Origin: an uncultured bacterium
Lineage (GTDB): Bacteria > Bacillota > Clostridia > Lachnospirales > Lachnospiraceae
Direction: 5' to 3'
Length of the DNA: 36,343 bases
Assembly: GCA_946061355.1 (NCBI GenBank)
Contig: CAMGRE010000001.1
Span: 1 to 36,343 of the forward strand
A program made the translations under genes and the position numbers. Positions 26,831 to 36,343 of the stretch are shown here, piece by piece. How positions within the stretch are numbered: the stretch's first letter is position 1; each line of letters begins with the position of its first letter. The notes under the pieces are model-generated. The model was not told the DNA's origin. It ran no database searches and saw nothing but the letters and a program-made list of their open reading frames with translations.

Positions 26831-28039
26831 ATGAAAAATATCTATTCCGTATCACAGGTGAATTCTTACATCAAGAATATGTTCCTGCAGGACTTTATGC
26901 TGCAGTCTATCCGTGTGCGAGGTGAGGTCAGTAACTGTACGTATCACTCATCCGGTCATATTTATTTTACCCTCAAAGATGAAAAAGGAATAATAGCGTG
27001 TGTTATGTTTGCGAGCAGCCGCAAAGGACTTGCGTTTCGTTTACAGGAAGGTCAGCAGATCCTGGTGGAAGGGGCTGTTGATGTCTATGAGCGTGACGGC
27101 AAATATCAGATGTATGCAAAGAAGATCACGCTGGATGGCGAAGGACTTTTGTTTGAACAGTTTGAACAGTTGAAGCGGGAACTTGAGGAACAGGGCATGT
27201 TTGCTCAGGAGTATAAACAGCCGATCCCAAGGTTTATCAGGACGCTTGGTGTCGTGACTGCACCGACCGGAGCGGCGGTTCGTGATATCATCCAGATTGC
27301 TTCGAGAAGGAATCCCTATGTGCAGATCATCCTGTATCCGGCCCTTGTGCAGGGAGAGCAGGCTCCGGATAGTATTGTTACAGGTATACACACGTTGGCA
27401 AAAGCAGGCGTGGATGTCATGATTGTAGGCAGAGGCGGCGGTTCCATCGAGGATCTGTGGGCGTTTAATGACAGACGTGTGGCGCAGGCGATCTTTGACT
27501 GTCCGGTTCCGATTATCTCGGCGGTCGGACATGAAACGGATTTTACCATTGCGGATTTTGTTTCGGATTTGCGGGCACCGACTCCATCCGCGGCCGCGGA
27601 ACTGGCGGTGGATGAGAGAGCCAGAATTGAGGAGAGATTAGAGGAATATCAGGCAGCTCTCTGGCGGGGAATGTCAGGCAAATGCAGCCTTTACCGCATG
27701 CGGACGGAAAAATATATGGCATTTTTAAAAGCGGCAAGCCCGGAGGGGAAACTTAGACAGAATCAGATGTATATCCTCAGACTGGAGGAAAATCTGCAGG
27801 AAGCCATGAAGCGTGTGCTGACAGATAAGCGCCATGCTTTTGCACTGTACACGGAACGGCTGAAAGGCTTGTCACCGCTCGATAAACTGAATCAGGGATT
27901 TTGTATTGTGACGGACAGATTTGGCAAGAATGTTTCGGATGTGGATGCGGTTTCGGAGGGAGAACTCTTATCCATACAACTCAGAAACGGTGTTGTGGAG
28001 GCTTGTGCAGTGAGAACAGAAAGGATACAGTGGCAATGA
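26831..28039 (+). CDS. xseA: Exodeoxyribonuclease VII large subunit
   Basis: SGHIYFTLKD, GRGGGSIEDLW, SAVGHETD and RAPTPSAAAE motifs. Confidence 0.98.
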   Translation: MKNIYSVSQVNSYIKNMFLQDFMLQSIRVRGEVSNCTYHSSGHIYFTLKDEKGIIACVMFASSRKGLAFRLQEGQQILVEGAVDVYERDGKYQMYAKKITLDGEGLLFEQFEQLKRELEEQGMFAQEYKQPIPRFIRTLGVVTAPTGAAVRDIIQIASRRNPYVQIILYPALVQGEQAPDSIVTGIHTLAKAGVDVMIVGRGGGSIEDLWAFNDRRVAQAIFDCPVPIISAVGHETDFTIADFVSDLRAPTPSAAAELAVDERARIEERLEEYQAALWRGMSGKCSLYRMRTEKYMAFLKAASPEGKLRQNQMYILRLEENLQEAMKRVLTDKRHAFALYTERLKGLSPLDKLNQGFCIVTDRFGKNVSDVDAVSEGELLSIQLRNGVVEACAVRTERIQWQ

Positions 28040-28266
28040 GCGTGGAGAAAACAGGACAGATAAAGGCGGAAATCACTTTGGAGGAAGCTTTTGACCAATT
28101 GGAACAGATCATCAGTCAGCTTGAGAATGAAGAGATTACATTGGATCAGTCCTTTAAGGTTTACAAGGAAGGAATGGAATTGCTGAAATACTGTAATGAC
28201 ACGCTGGATACTGTGGAAAAGAAGGTATTAAAAATCAACGAAAGCGGTGAGTTGGATGAATTTTAA
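28036..28266 (+). CDS. xseB: Exodeoxyribonuclease VII small subunit
   Basis: TLEEAFDQLEQII..LE..ITLDQSF..YKEG motif; ATGA overlap with the xseA stop. Confidence 0.95.
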   Translation: MSVEKTGQIKAEITLEEAFDQLEQIISQLENEEITLDQSFKVYKEGMELLKYCNDTLDTVEKKVLKINESGELDEF

Positions 28267-29149
28267 AGAGGAACTGGCAGAAAAAGTAGGTCAGGTTGAG
28301 AAGATTATCAAAGCGTATCTCCCTGAAGAAGAAGGATATCAAAAGACGGTTCTGCAAGCGATGAATTATTCCGTGCTGGCAGGAGGCAAGAGATTGCGGC
28401 CGTTATTGATGCAGGAAACATATCACATGTTTGGTGGCAGAGGGAAAGAGATTGAACCGTTTATGGCAGCGATGGAGATGGTTCACACATATTCCCTGGT
28501 TCATGATGACCTGCCGGCAATGGATAATGACGAATATCGCCGTGGAAGAAAGACAACACATGTTATGTATGGGGAAGCCATGGCAATTCTGGCGGGAGAC
28601 GGTCTCCTGAATTATGCTTTTGAGACGGCATGTAAGGCATTTTCGCTGACGCAGGACAGCGGGAAAGTGGGAAAGGCACTTGCACTTTTTGCCGAGAAAG
28701 CAGGTATCTATGGCATGATTGGAGGACAGACGGCTGATATTGAAGCGGAGGATGCGGACACGGAAGTGACGGAGGAACTGCTTCTGTTCATTCACGAACA
28801 CAAGACGGCAGCGCTCATCCAGAGTGCCATGATGACAGGTGCGATTCTTGCAGGCGCTTCGGAAACAGAGCTGGAGACACTGGAAAAGATTGGATATGAT
28901 ATCGGCATCGCTTTTCAGATTCAGGACGATATCCTCGATGTGACGGGAAATCAGGAAACCTTAGGAAAACCGGTCGGAAGTGATGAGAAGAACAATAAGG
29001 TAACATATGTTACCTTAAAAGGACTGGACCGGGCAAAACAGGCGCAGAAAGAGATATCGGAGGAAGCGATCGGGCTGCTGGCTTCCTTTTCATGCAGGAA
29101 TCCTTTCCTTGAAAGTCTCGTGTGGGATTTGATCACCAGAGAAAAATAG
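28256..29149 (+). CDS. ispA: Farnesyl/geranylgeranyl diphosphate synthase (polyprenyl synthetase)
   Basis: GGKRLRP, HDDLPAMDND..RRG, GGQ, KT and FQIQDDILD motifs. Confidence 0.95.
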   Translation: MNFKEELAEKVGQVEKIIKAYLPEEEGYQKTVLQAMNYSVLAGGKRLRPLLMQETYHMFGGRGKEIEPFMAAMEMVHTYSLVHDDLPAMDNDEYRRGRKTTHVMYGEAMAILAGDGLLNYAFETACKAFSLTQDSGKVGKALALFAEKAGIYGMIGGQTADIEAEDADTEVTEELLLFIHEHKTAALIQSAMMTGAILAGASETELETLEKIGYDIGIAFQIQDDILDVTGNQETLGKPVGSDEKNNKVTYVTLKGLDRAKQAQKEISEEAIGLLASFSCRNPFLESLVWDLITREK

Positions 29150-29165
29150 AACGTGGAGAAGACAG

Positions 29166-31052
29166 ATGCTTCTTGATAAAATCAAAAAGGAAAATGATAT
29201 AAAAAAAATCGACAAGGCAGATTATGGGAAACTGGCAGAGGAGATCCGGCAATTCCTGATCGAGAAGATCAGTGTGAATGGCGGGCATCTCGGTTCCAAT
29301 CTCGGTGCGGTGGAATTGACGATGGCGCTACACTTAAGCCTGAACCTTCCAAATGATAAGATTGTGTGGGATGTGGGGCATCAGGCATATACGCATAAGC
29401 TGCTGACCGGAAGGCGGGAAGGCTTTGATACGCTCAGGAAGTATGGCGGGATGAGCGGATTTCCCAAGCGTAAGGAAAGTGATTGCGACTGTTTTGACAC
29501 GGGGCACAGTTCGACTTCCATCTCGGCGGGACTCGGTTTGATCAAGGCGAGAGATCTTACGGGTGAGAAACGGACGGTTGTGTCTGTGATCGGTGATGGT
29601 GCACTGACGGGCGGAATGGCTTATGAGGCACTCAACAATGCAGCACAGCTCAGGACAAATTTTATCATTGTGCTGAATGATAATAATATGTCCATCTCCG
29701 AAAATGTCGGAGGTGTGTCAAAATATCTCAATAATATTCGTACGGCAACGGGATATCTTGATCTGAAGGAAGGCGTCTACAATGCCCTGCAGAGTATTCC
29801 GAAAGGGGATTCCATTGTGGAGAGTATCCGTCGTGCCAAGAGCAGTGTGAAACACCTCGTGATCCCCGGAATGTTTTTTGAGGATATGGGGATCACTTAC
29901 CTTGGGCCGGTGGACGGGCATAATGTTGAGGCGATGCTTCGTGTTTTTAAGGAGGCAAAGAGATGTAAGAATGCGGTTCTTGTCCATGTGATTACGCAGA
30001 AGGGCAGGGGATTTCTGCCGGCTGAACGTCATCCGGCGAGATTCCACGGAGCAGAACCTTTTGACATTGAGACGGGTCTGCCGAGCAATCCCAGGACAAA
30101 GCCGAATTATACAGATATCTTTTCAACGGTGATGACAAAGCTCGGGGCAAGGGATGAAAAGGTGGTTGCGATCACGGCGGCAATGCCTGACGGCACAGGA
30201 CTGAAACGTTTCCGCAATCTTTATCCGGATCGTTTTTTTGATGTGGGAATCGCAGAGCAACATGCGGTGACCTTTGCAGCCGGACTGGCGGCGGGCGGTA
30301 TGAAGCCGATTGTTGCGGTATATTCTTCTTTTTTACAGAGGGCTTATGACCAGATTCTCCATGATGTGTGCATCCAGAACCTTCCGGTTGTGTTTGCCAT
30401 TGACCGCGCCGGACTCGTGGGAAGCGATGGAGAGACGCATCAGGGTATTTTTGATCTGTCGTATCTGTCCAGTATCCCGGGGATGCATATCATGGCACCG
30501 AAGAATAAATGGGAACTGTCCGATATGCTGAAGTTTGCAGTGAACTTTGGCGGACCGATCGCGATGCGTTATCCGAGGGGATGCGCGTATGACGGTCTGA
30601 AGGAATACAGGAAGCCGATCGAACTTGGCAAGAGCGAGATCCTCTATGAGGAAGAAGATATTGCGCTTGTGGCAGTGGGCAGCATGGTGAAGACGGCGGA
30701 ATCAGTGAGAAGAAGCCTGAAGAATGTCGGTTATTCCTGCAGTCTTGTCAATGCGCGGTTTGTGAAGCCGATTGATGAAGAGATGATAGCGGAGCTTGCC
30801 AAGGAGCACCGGCTGATTGTTACGCTGGAAGAAAATGTTGCCAGCGGAGGTTTTGGCGAGAAGGTCAGAGATTGTCTGGATAATATGCATACGGATTGCA
30901 GTCTTTTGACGATCGCCATCCCGGATGAGTATGTGGAGCACGGAAATGTGAGTATCCTTTATGAGGAAGTGGGAATCGATGAAGAGTCGGTGACAAAGCG
31001 TGTCATGACAGCATATGCGTCTGTTCTGGCAGAGCACAGGATGAGAGGATAG
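29166..31052 (+). CDS. dxs: 1-deoxy-D-xylulose-5-phosphate synthase
   Basis: GGHLGSNLG, WDVGHQAY, GDGALTGG, LNDNNMSI, GIAEQHA and DRAGLVG.DG.THQG motifs. Confidence 0.99.
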   Translation: MLLDKIKKENDIKKIDKADYGKLAEEIRQFLIEKISVNGGHLGSNLGAVELTMALHLSLNLPNDKIVWDVGHQAYTHKLLTGRREGFDTLRKYGGMSGFPKRKESDCDCFDTGHSSTSISAGLGLIKARDLTGEKRTVVSVIGDGALTGGMAYEALNNAAQLRTNFIIVLNDNNMSISENVGGVSKYLNNIRTATGYLDLKEGVYNALQSIPKGDSIVESIRRAKSSVKHLVIPGMFFEDMGITYLGPVDGHNVEAMLRVFKEAKRCKNAVLVHVITQKGRGFLPAERHPARFHGAEPFDIETGLPSNPRTKPNYTDIFSTVMTKLGARDEKVVAITAAMPDGTGLKRFRNLYPDRFFDVGIAEQHAVTFAAGLAAGGMKPIVAVYSSFLQRAYDQILHDVCIQNLPVVFAIDRAGLVGSDGETHQGIFDLSYLSSIPGMHIMAPKNKWELSDMLKFAVNFGGPIAMRYPRGCAYDGLKEYRKPIELGKSEILYEEEDIALVAVGSMVKTAESVRRSLKNVGYSCSLVNARFVKPIDEEMIAELAKEHRLIVTLEENVASGGFGEKVRDCLDNMHTDCSLLTIAIPDEYVEHGNVSILYEEVGIDEESVTKRVMTAYASVLAEHRMRG

Positions 31053-31056
31053 GCAG

Positions 31057-31905
31057 ATGAAAGAACGGCTGGATGTGCTTCTGGTGAAGCAGGGGCTTGC
31101 AGAATCCCGGGAAAAAGCCAAAGCGGTCATTATGTCCGGAGATGTGTTTGTTGACGGGCAGAGGGAAGATAAGGCGGGATCGATGTTTGATCCCGATAAA
31201 TGTAAGATAGTGGTCAGAGGAAATACCCTGAGGTATGTGAGCCGCGGCGGTCTGAAGCTGGAAAAAGCGATGAAAGAGTTCGGACTCGATTTACACGAAG
31301 CGGTATGCATGGATATCGGGGCTTCGACGGGAGGATTTACAGACTGTATGCTCCAGAATGGCGCTAAAAAGGTGTATTCCGTGGATGTGGGGCATGGACA
31401 GCTTGCATGGAAACTCAGGAATGACGAACGTGTTGTCTGTATGGAAAAGACAAATTTCCGGTATGTGGTCAGAGCAGACATACAGGATGATCTCGATTTT
31501 GCCTCGGTGGATGTATCATTCATTTCGTTGTCTAAGATACTGGGACCGGCATGGGCGCTTCTGAAAGATGGCGGGCAGATGGTCTGTCTGATTAAGCCTC
31601 AGTTCGAAGCAGGCAGGGACAAGGTCGGTAAAAAAGGCGTGGTCCGGGAGCCGGAGATACACTGTGAGGTGATCGAAAATGTGCTTGGCTTTGCAGAGCA
31701 GACGGGATTTCGGGTGGAGCATCTCACTTTTTCCCCGATCAAGGGACCGGAAGGAAATATCGAATATCTTGTACATTTGAGAAAGATGGCAGATGACGGG
31801 ATGCCGGCGGGTGAAGTGACGGCAGGGGAAGAATCTGCTGTCAAACGGTTTGGAGCAGAAGCGGTTCGTGACATTGTTGCAAAGGCACACGGCACACTGG
31901 ATTGA
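31057..31905 (+). CDS. tlyA: TlyA family rRNA 2'-O-methyltransferase
   Basis: S4-like ERLDVLLV, YVSRGGLKL, DIGASTGGFTD, DVSFISL and LIKPQFE motifs. Confidence 0.96.
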   Translation: MKERLDVLLVKQGLAESREKAKAVIMSGDVFVDGQREDKAGSMFDPDKCKIVVRGNTLRYVSRGGLKLEKAMKEFGLDLHEAVCMDIGASTGGFTDCMLQNGAKKVYSVDVGHGQLAWKLRNDERVVCMEKTNFRYVVRADIQDDLDFASVDVSFISLSKILGPAWALLKDGGQMVCLIKPQFEAGRDKVGKKGVVREPEIHCEVIENVLGFAEQTGFRVEHLTFSPIKGPEGNIEYLVHLRKMADDGMPAGEVTAGEESAVKRFGAEAVRDIVAKAHGTLD

Positions 31906-31924
31906 CGGAAACGGAAAGAGATTT

Positions 31925-32782
31925 ATGAAACACTTTTTTTTGATTACCAATCCTTTAAAGGATGGGGAACTCGCCACAACAAAAAAAATCAAAAAATTTC
32001 TGGAACAGGAAGGCTGCAGCTGTAAGGTTCAGGTGTATGAGCAGGTCCAAAAGTCCGGAGGGTATACGGACTCTGCCGAAATTCCATGTGATACGGAATG
32101 TATCATGGTGCTCGGCGGTGACGGGACTCTCATCGAGGCGGCGCGCGATACCAGCCATCTGGAGATCCCACTGATCGGCATCAACCTTGGAACACTCGGG
32201 TTTCTTGCAGAGGTGGAACAATCCAATCTGGAGCATGCGCTTCGGTGTCTGATCGCGGATCAGTATCAGTTGGAGAGCCGTATGATGTTACAGGGCAGAG
32301 TGATACGGGACGGTGTCTGTATGGAAAGCTCCTGCGCTTTAAATGATATTGTTATTACCAGAAGCGGATCTCTGCAGATCATTCATTTTCATATCTATGT
32401 CAATGGGCAGTTTTTGAATGAATATGACGGGGACGGTGTGATCATTTCCACACCGACAGGTTCCACGGGATACAGTATGTCTGCGGGAGGTCCTATTGTT
32501 GAACCCAGAGCAAGACTGATGGTGATCACGCCAATCTGTCCACATACCCTGAATACCAGAAGCATCATCCTGTCTGCGGAGGATGAGGTGGTGGTGGAGA
32601 TGAGCGCAGAACGTTCGGAACGAAGAGAGCAGGCAGAAGTGAACTTTGATGGAAGTCATTCGATGGCGCTCCAGGCAAATGATAAGATCTGTGTGACCAG
32701 ATCGGAGCGCACTACGGAGATTGTGAAACTGAATCAGGTTAGCTTTTTGGAAATACTACATAAAAAAATGAGTGTGAAATAG
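31925..32782 (+). CDS. nadK: NAD(+) kinase
   Basis: LGGDGTL, GINLGTLGFL, ALND and DGVIISTPTGSTGYSMSAGGP motifs. Confidence 0.97.
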   Translation: MKHFFLITNPLKDGELATTKKIKKFLEQEGCSCKVQVYEQVQKSGGYTDSAEIPCDTECIMVLGGDGTLIEAARDTSHLEIPLIGINLGTLGFLAEVEQSNLEHALRCLIADQYQLESRMMLQGRVIRDGVCMESSCALNDIVITRSGSLQIIHFHIYVNGQFLNEYDGDGVIISTPTGSTGYSMSAGGPIVEPRARLMVITPICPHTLNTRSIILSAEDEVVVEMSAERSERREQAEVNFDGSHSMALQANDKICVTRSERTTEIVKLNQVSFLEILHKKMSVK

Positions 32783-32783
32783 T

Positions 32784-33242
32784 ATGAAGCAGAAAAGACA
32801 GAATAAGATACTGAATTTAATCGAGGAACGGGATATCGAAACACAGGAGGAACTGGCTGCCTGCCTCAAGGAAGCCGGTTTTGATGTAACTCAGGCGACG
32901 GTTTCCAGGGACATCCGGGAGTTAAAGCTGTCAAAGATTTCTGTTGGAAATGGGAAACAGAAATATATATCCTTTCATCATGATGAGACCTTCCTGGGAG
33001 ACAAGTACAGCCGCGTGCTGAAGGAAGGCTTTGGCGGGATGGCGATGGCGCAGAATCTGCTGGTGGTAAAGACAGTGTCCGGGATGGCGATGGCTGTGGC
33101 GGCTGCACTGGATGCCATGAAGATGAGTGAGATCGTGGGAACCATCGCCGGGGATGATACGATCATGATGGCGATCAAGAGTAAAGAAGATACCGAGACA
33201 GTAATGAGGAAGATTGAGGAAGTAGTAAATCATGTTAATTAG
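32784..33242 (+). CDS. argR: Arginine repressor
   Basis: ETQEEL, VTQATVSRDIREL and GTIAGDDT motifs. Confidence 0.97.
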   Translation: MKQKRQNKILNLIEERDIETQEELAACLKEAGFDVTQATVSRDIRELKLSKISVGNGKQKYISFHHDETFLGDKYSRVLKEGFGGMAMAQNLLVVKTVSGMAMAVAAALDAMKMSEIVGTIAGDDTIMMAIKSKEDTETVMRKIEEVVNHVN

Positions 33243-34917
33243 TCTGCATGTAAAAAATCTTGCTTTGATAGACGAGACAGAGGTGTTCTTTGGAAAAGGA
33301 CTCAATATACTTACCGGAGAGACGGGAGCCGGAAAATCCATTATCATAGGATCTATTGCACTGGCACTCGGAGCCAAGGCGGACAGTGAGATGATCCGCA
33401 CCGGAAAGGATTATGCGCTGATTGAACTTTTGTTTCAACCGGATACGGAAATACAGCAGGAGGCTCTCAGACGGCTGGAGATTGCGCCGGAGGAGGATGG
33501 CACCGTTGTGGTGTCAAGGCGGATTATGAACGGGAGGAGCGTCTGTAAGGTAAACGGTGAGACCGTGACAGCAAAGCAGCTCAAGGAATTGGCGGGAGAA
33601 CTGCTTGATCTGTACGGGCAGCATGAACATCAGACGCTTTTGCAAAAAAAGAAGCATATGGAAATTCTGGATGATTATGCCGGAGGAGAACTTCCCATCA
33701 TAAAAAAGGAGCTTCTGGCAGAATATATGCATTATAAAAAGTTGTTTTCCGAATGGAATGAGGCCAAGAGCGATAATGGCAGCAGAGAGAGGGAAATATC
33801 GCTTGCTGAATTTGAATGTAATGAGATTGAGGCCGCATCTCTTCAGATCGGTGAGGATGAGACGGTAGAGAATGATTATCGCAGGATGTCGAACGGCAGG
33901 AGGCTGATGGAGACCGTATCTTCCGTCTCGTCGCTCGTGGAGAATGAGAACGGTGGTGTGGCGGATGCTGTCGGCAGAGCGATCCGGGAATTCCACGGAA
34001 TCTCACAGTATGATGAGAAGGCGGGACAGCTTGCAGGGCAGCTGCAGGAGATTGAAGAACTTCTGCACGATTTCGGAAGGGAATTGTCATCCTATCAGGA
34101 ATCACTGGAATTTGATGAGCAGACCTTTCGGGAGACGGAAGACCGTTTAAACGAGATTAACCGGCTAAAGACAAAATACGGTAACACCATCGAAGAGATC
34201 CTTCTGTATGCAAAAAAGCAGCGGGAGAGGGTTGACCGGCTGGCAGATTTTGGCGCGTATATGGAGCGGTTACAGCATGAATTGACGAAATCGGAACAGC
34301 GTGTAGCAGAGTTATGTAAACATATATCCGAGTTGCGCACAAGGGCTGCTGCAGAACTTGCGCAGCAGATGACAGCAGCGCTTCATGATCTGAATTTCCT
34401 TGATGTGAAGTTTGAGATCAGGGTAGAGCCTGATGAGACGGCAAAATCTGCGGAAGGGTATGATCATGTAGGCTTTTATATTTCCACCAATCCTGGGGAG
34501 CCGTTGAGACCTCTGGAGAATGTGGCGAGCGGCGGAGAACTGTCGCGTATCATGCTTGGTCTTAAGACGGTGATGGCGCAGCGCGATCAGACCGCAACAC
34601 TCATCTTTGATGAGATTGATACAGGTATCAGCGGCAAGACGGCATGGCAGGTGTCGAAGAAGCTTGCGGTGCTCGGGAGGAATCATCAGGTCCTCTGCAT
34701 TACCCATTTGCCGCAGATTGCCGCCATGGCGGATTCACATTTTAAGATAGAAAAAAATGTATATGACAGTCAGACCGTAACAGAGATCAGGCTCCTTGAT
34801 GACGATGAGAGTATCGGCGAACTGGCGAGGCTGTTGGGCGGTGATGAACTGACTGACGCAGCGATTGCCAATGCCAGAGAGATGAAAGAATTGGCAGCAG
34901 ATACAAAACAATACTAA
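33232..34917 (+). CDS. recN: DNA repair protein RecN
   Basis: TGETGAGKS Walker A, GQHEHQ, ASGGELSR, IFDEIDTG and ITHLPQIAA motifs. Confidence 0.98.
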   Translation: MLISLHVKNLALIDETEVFFGKGLNILTGETGAGKSIIIGSIALALGAKADSEMIRTGKDYALIELLFQPDTEIQQEALRRLEIAPEEDGTVVVSRRIMNGRSVCKVNGETVTAKQLKELAGELLDLYGQHEHQTLLQKKKHMEILDDYAGGELPIIKKELLAEYMHYKKLFSEWNEAKSDNGSREREISLAEFECNEIEAASLQIGEDETVENDYRRMSNGRRLMETVSSVSSLVENENGGVADAVGRAIREFHGISQYDEKAGQLAGQLQEIEELLHDFGRELSSYQESLEFDEQTFRETEDRLNEINRLKTKYGNTIEEILLYAKKQRERVDRLADFGAYMERLQHELTKSEQRVAELCKHISELRTRAAAELAQQMTAALHDLNFLDVKFEIRVEPDETAKSAEGYDHVGFYISTNPGEPLRPLENVASGGELSRIMLGLKTVMAQRDQTATLIFDEIDTGISGKTAWQVSKKLAVLGRNHQVLCITHLPQIAAMADSHFKIEKNVYDSQTVTEIRLLDDDESIGELARLLGGDELTDAAIANAREMKELAADTKQY

Positions 34918-34944
34918 ATTAGAATTTAGGAAGTATCACATACT

Positions 34945-34981
34945 AAGAAGGACATTTTGAAAAGAATGTTCTTCTTTTTTT
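34945..34981 (+). terminator. Rho-independent terminator after recN
   Basis: AAGAAGGACATT...AATGTTCTTCTT followed by a T-run. Confidence 0.7.
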
Positions 34982-35023
34982 ATGGCTGCGAGGGAAATAT
35001 TCATCGGGAAAGGAGTGGCATAC

Positions 35024-36304
35024 ATGGAGCGGATGTGGATCTTAAAAAAGAAGGATTTATCTGATAAAGAGAAAAAATACAGAATGCTCCTGTGGAGCCT
35101 GCTTGCGTGTGCAGTCAGTCTGCTTGTGTGCGTGTCTTATCTTGCATGCTGGAAAAAAGTGCCGGGCCGCATTCACATCAGGGCAGGACAGCAGGAGCAG
35201 ATTGATTTTGGAATACCTGCTTCTGGAAATTTACACGGAAACGAAGTGGAGAGTATTCCTGTGAGCCTGGATCAGCCAGTCACTTTTTTTGCCAATGAGA
35301 TCGATTCCTATGAGATGGATGTAAGGCTGTTTGGGGTTGTTCCGCTCAAAAAAGTGGATGTCCATGTGATTGAGGATGATTCCATTATACCGGCCGGAAT
35401 TCCCATCGGAATCTACGTCAAGACAGAGGGAGTGCTGGTTGTGGGAACGGGAGAATTTACCGGTTATGACGGGAGGAGGTATGCGCCCTCAGAGCATATA
35501 CTCTGCAGCGGCGATTATATCCTGCGTATCAATGGTACGGAAGTGACGGGGAAGAAGATGTTCATGTCCAAGCTTCGGGAAGCCGGAAGCGGGGAACAGA
35601 TTTTTACCATCAGAAGAAACGGGAATGTATTTGATGTGAAAATAGAGGCTGTGGAGGATCAGGCAGGCGTCGCAAAAGTAGGAATCTGGGTGAGGGACAA
35701 TGCACAGGGAGTCGGGACTCTCACTTATGTGGACAAGAATGGCGACTTTGGAGCGCTGGGGCACGGTATTAATGATATGGATACCAGTACTCTGATGGAT
35801 TTGGGCAAAGGAACACTATACCATACGGATATCATAGGGATCCGGAGGGGAGCGAAGGGACATCCGGGCGAGCTCACCGGTGTGATCGATTACACGCAGG
35901 AAAATGTGATCGGTCTGATAGATCGTAATACGGATCAGGGTATTTTCGGGGAATGCGGTCAGGGCCTGCTTCAGGAAGTGACATCAGAGCCACTAAAGAT
36001 CGGACTGCGTCAGGAAGTACATCCCGGTGCTGCGCAGATTATGTGCTGCATCGATGAGCGGGGAGCAAGACTGTATGATGTGGAGATCCTCGCAATTAAC
36101 AATGAGGTCAGTCATAAAAACCGTGAGATCGTGCTGAAGATCACTGATGAGGAGCTGCTTCATGAGACAGGAGGAATCGTTCAGGGGATGAGCGGTGCGC
36201 CGATCATTCAGGACGGCAGACTGATCGGCGCCGTAACGCATGTCATGGTGCAGGACAGCACCAGAGGGTATGGGATCTTTATTGAAAATATGCTGGAGCA
36301 TTGA
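35024..36304 (+). CDS. spoIVB: SpoIVB serine peptidase (PDZ + S55 domain)
   Basis: GIWVRD..QGVGTLT, FGALGHGI.D, TGGIVQGMSGAPIIQ and GAVTHV motifs. ATG at 35024 after AAGGAG; conserved recN-spoIVB order. Confidence 0.96.
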   Translation: MERMWILKKKDLSDKEKKYRMLLWSLLACAVSLLVCVSYLACWKKVPGRIHIRAGQQEQIDFGIPASGNLHGNEVESIPVSLDQPVTFFANEIDSYEMDVRLFGVVPLKKVDVHVIEDDSIIPAGIPIGIYVKTEGVLVVGTGEFTGYDGRRYAPSEHILCSGDYILRINGTEVTGKKMFMSKLREAGSGEQIFTIRRNGNVFDVKIEAVEDQAGVAKVGIWVRDNAQGVGTLTYVDKNGDFGALGHGINDMDTSTLMDLGKGTLYHTDIIGIRRGAKGHPGELTGVIDYTQENVIGLIDRNTDQGIFGECGQGLLQEVTSEPLKIGLRQEVHPGAAQIMCCIDERGARLYDVEILAINNEVSHKNREIVLKITDEELLHETGGIVQGMSGAPIIQDGRLIGAVTHVMVQDSTRGYGIFIENMLEH

Positions 36305-36343
36305 GCCATGCGGCACCGCAACATAGAGAGCCTCGGGCAAGCT

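Noticed and set aside
34939-35002. Sigma-F/G-like -10 elements (CATACTA, GGAAATATT) upstream of spoIVB
   Set aside because: No convincing -35 at the proper spacing, and the first element lies upstream of the recN terminator.
1-36343. CRISPR arrays, tRNA/rRNA, IS elements, prophage or defence genes
   Set aside because: None seen. Intergenic gaps are short and largely explained by promoters, leaders and terminators, and every long + strand ORF has a recognisable housekeeping, sporulation or envelope family.

Overview
This window is mostly conserved core chromosome of a spore-forming Clostridia bacterium; gene order and protein style suggest Lachnospiraceae (inference). Nearly all genes are on the + strand. 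The order is: thiT (5' end off-window); rimP-nusA-rnpM(ylxR)-ylxQ-infB-rbfA-nrnA-truB-ribF; a three-gene block (Na/Pi cotransporter, SH3-SH3-NlpC/P60 hydrolase, orphan hybrid histidine kinase); rpsO-pnp; a lone minus-strand ~81-aa stand-alone glycyl-radical (GrcA-like, PFL C-terminal) gene; spoIIIAA-AH; prfC plus a transglutaminase-like lipoprotein; asp23-nusB-xseA-xseB-ispA-dxs-tlyA-nadK-argR-recN; spoIVB. I saw no rRNA, tRNA, CRISPR array, IS or prophage. The best candidate for an undescribed system is the minimal glycyl-radical 'spare part' gene. It has its own sigma-A promoter and two copies of an operator-like motif 32 bp apart, which suggests a regulated repair module for O2-cleaved PFL, or one half of a split PFL. 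Other points of interest are WalR-like boxes at the NlpC/P60 promoter and structured leaders at rimP, rpsO, pnp and prfC. All calls come from motif recognition by eye; no database searches were run.
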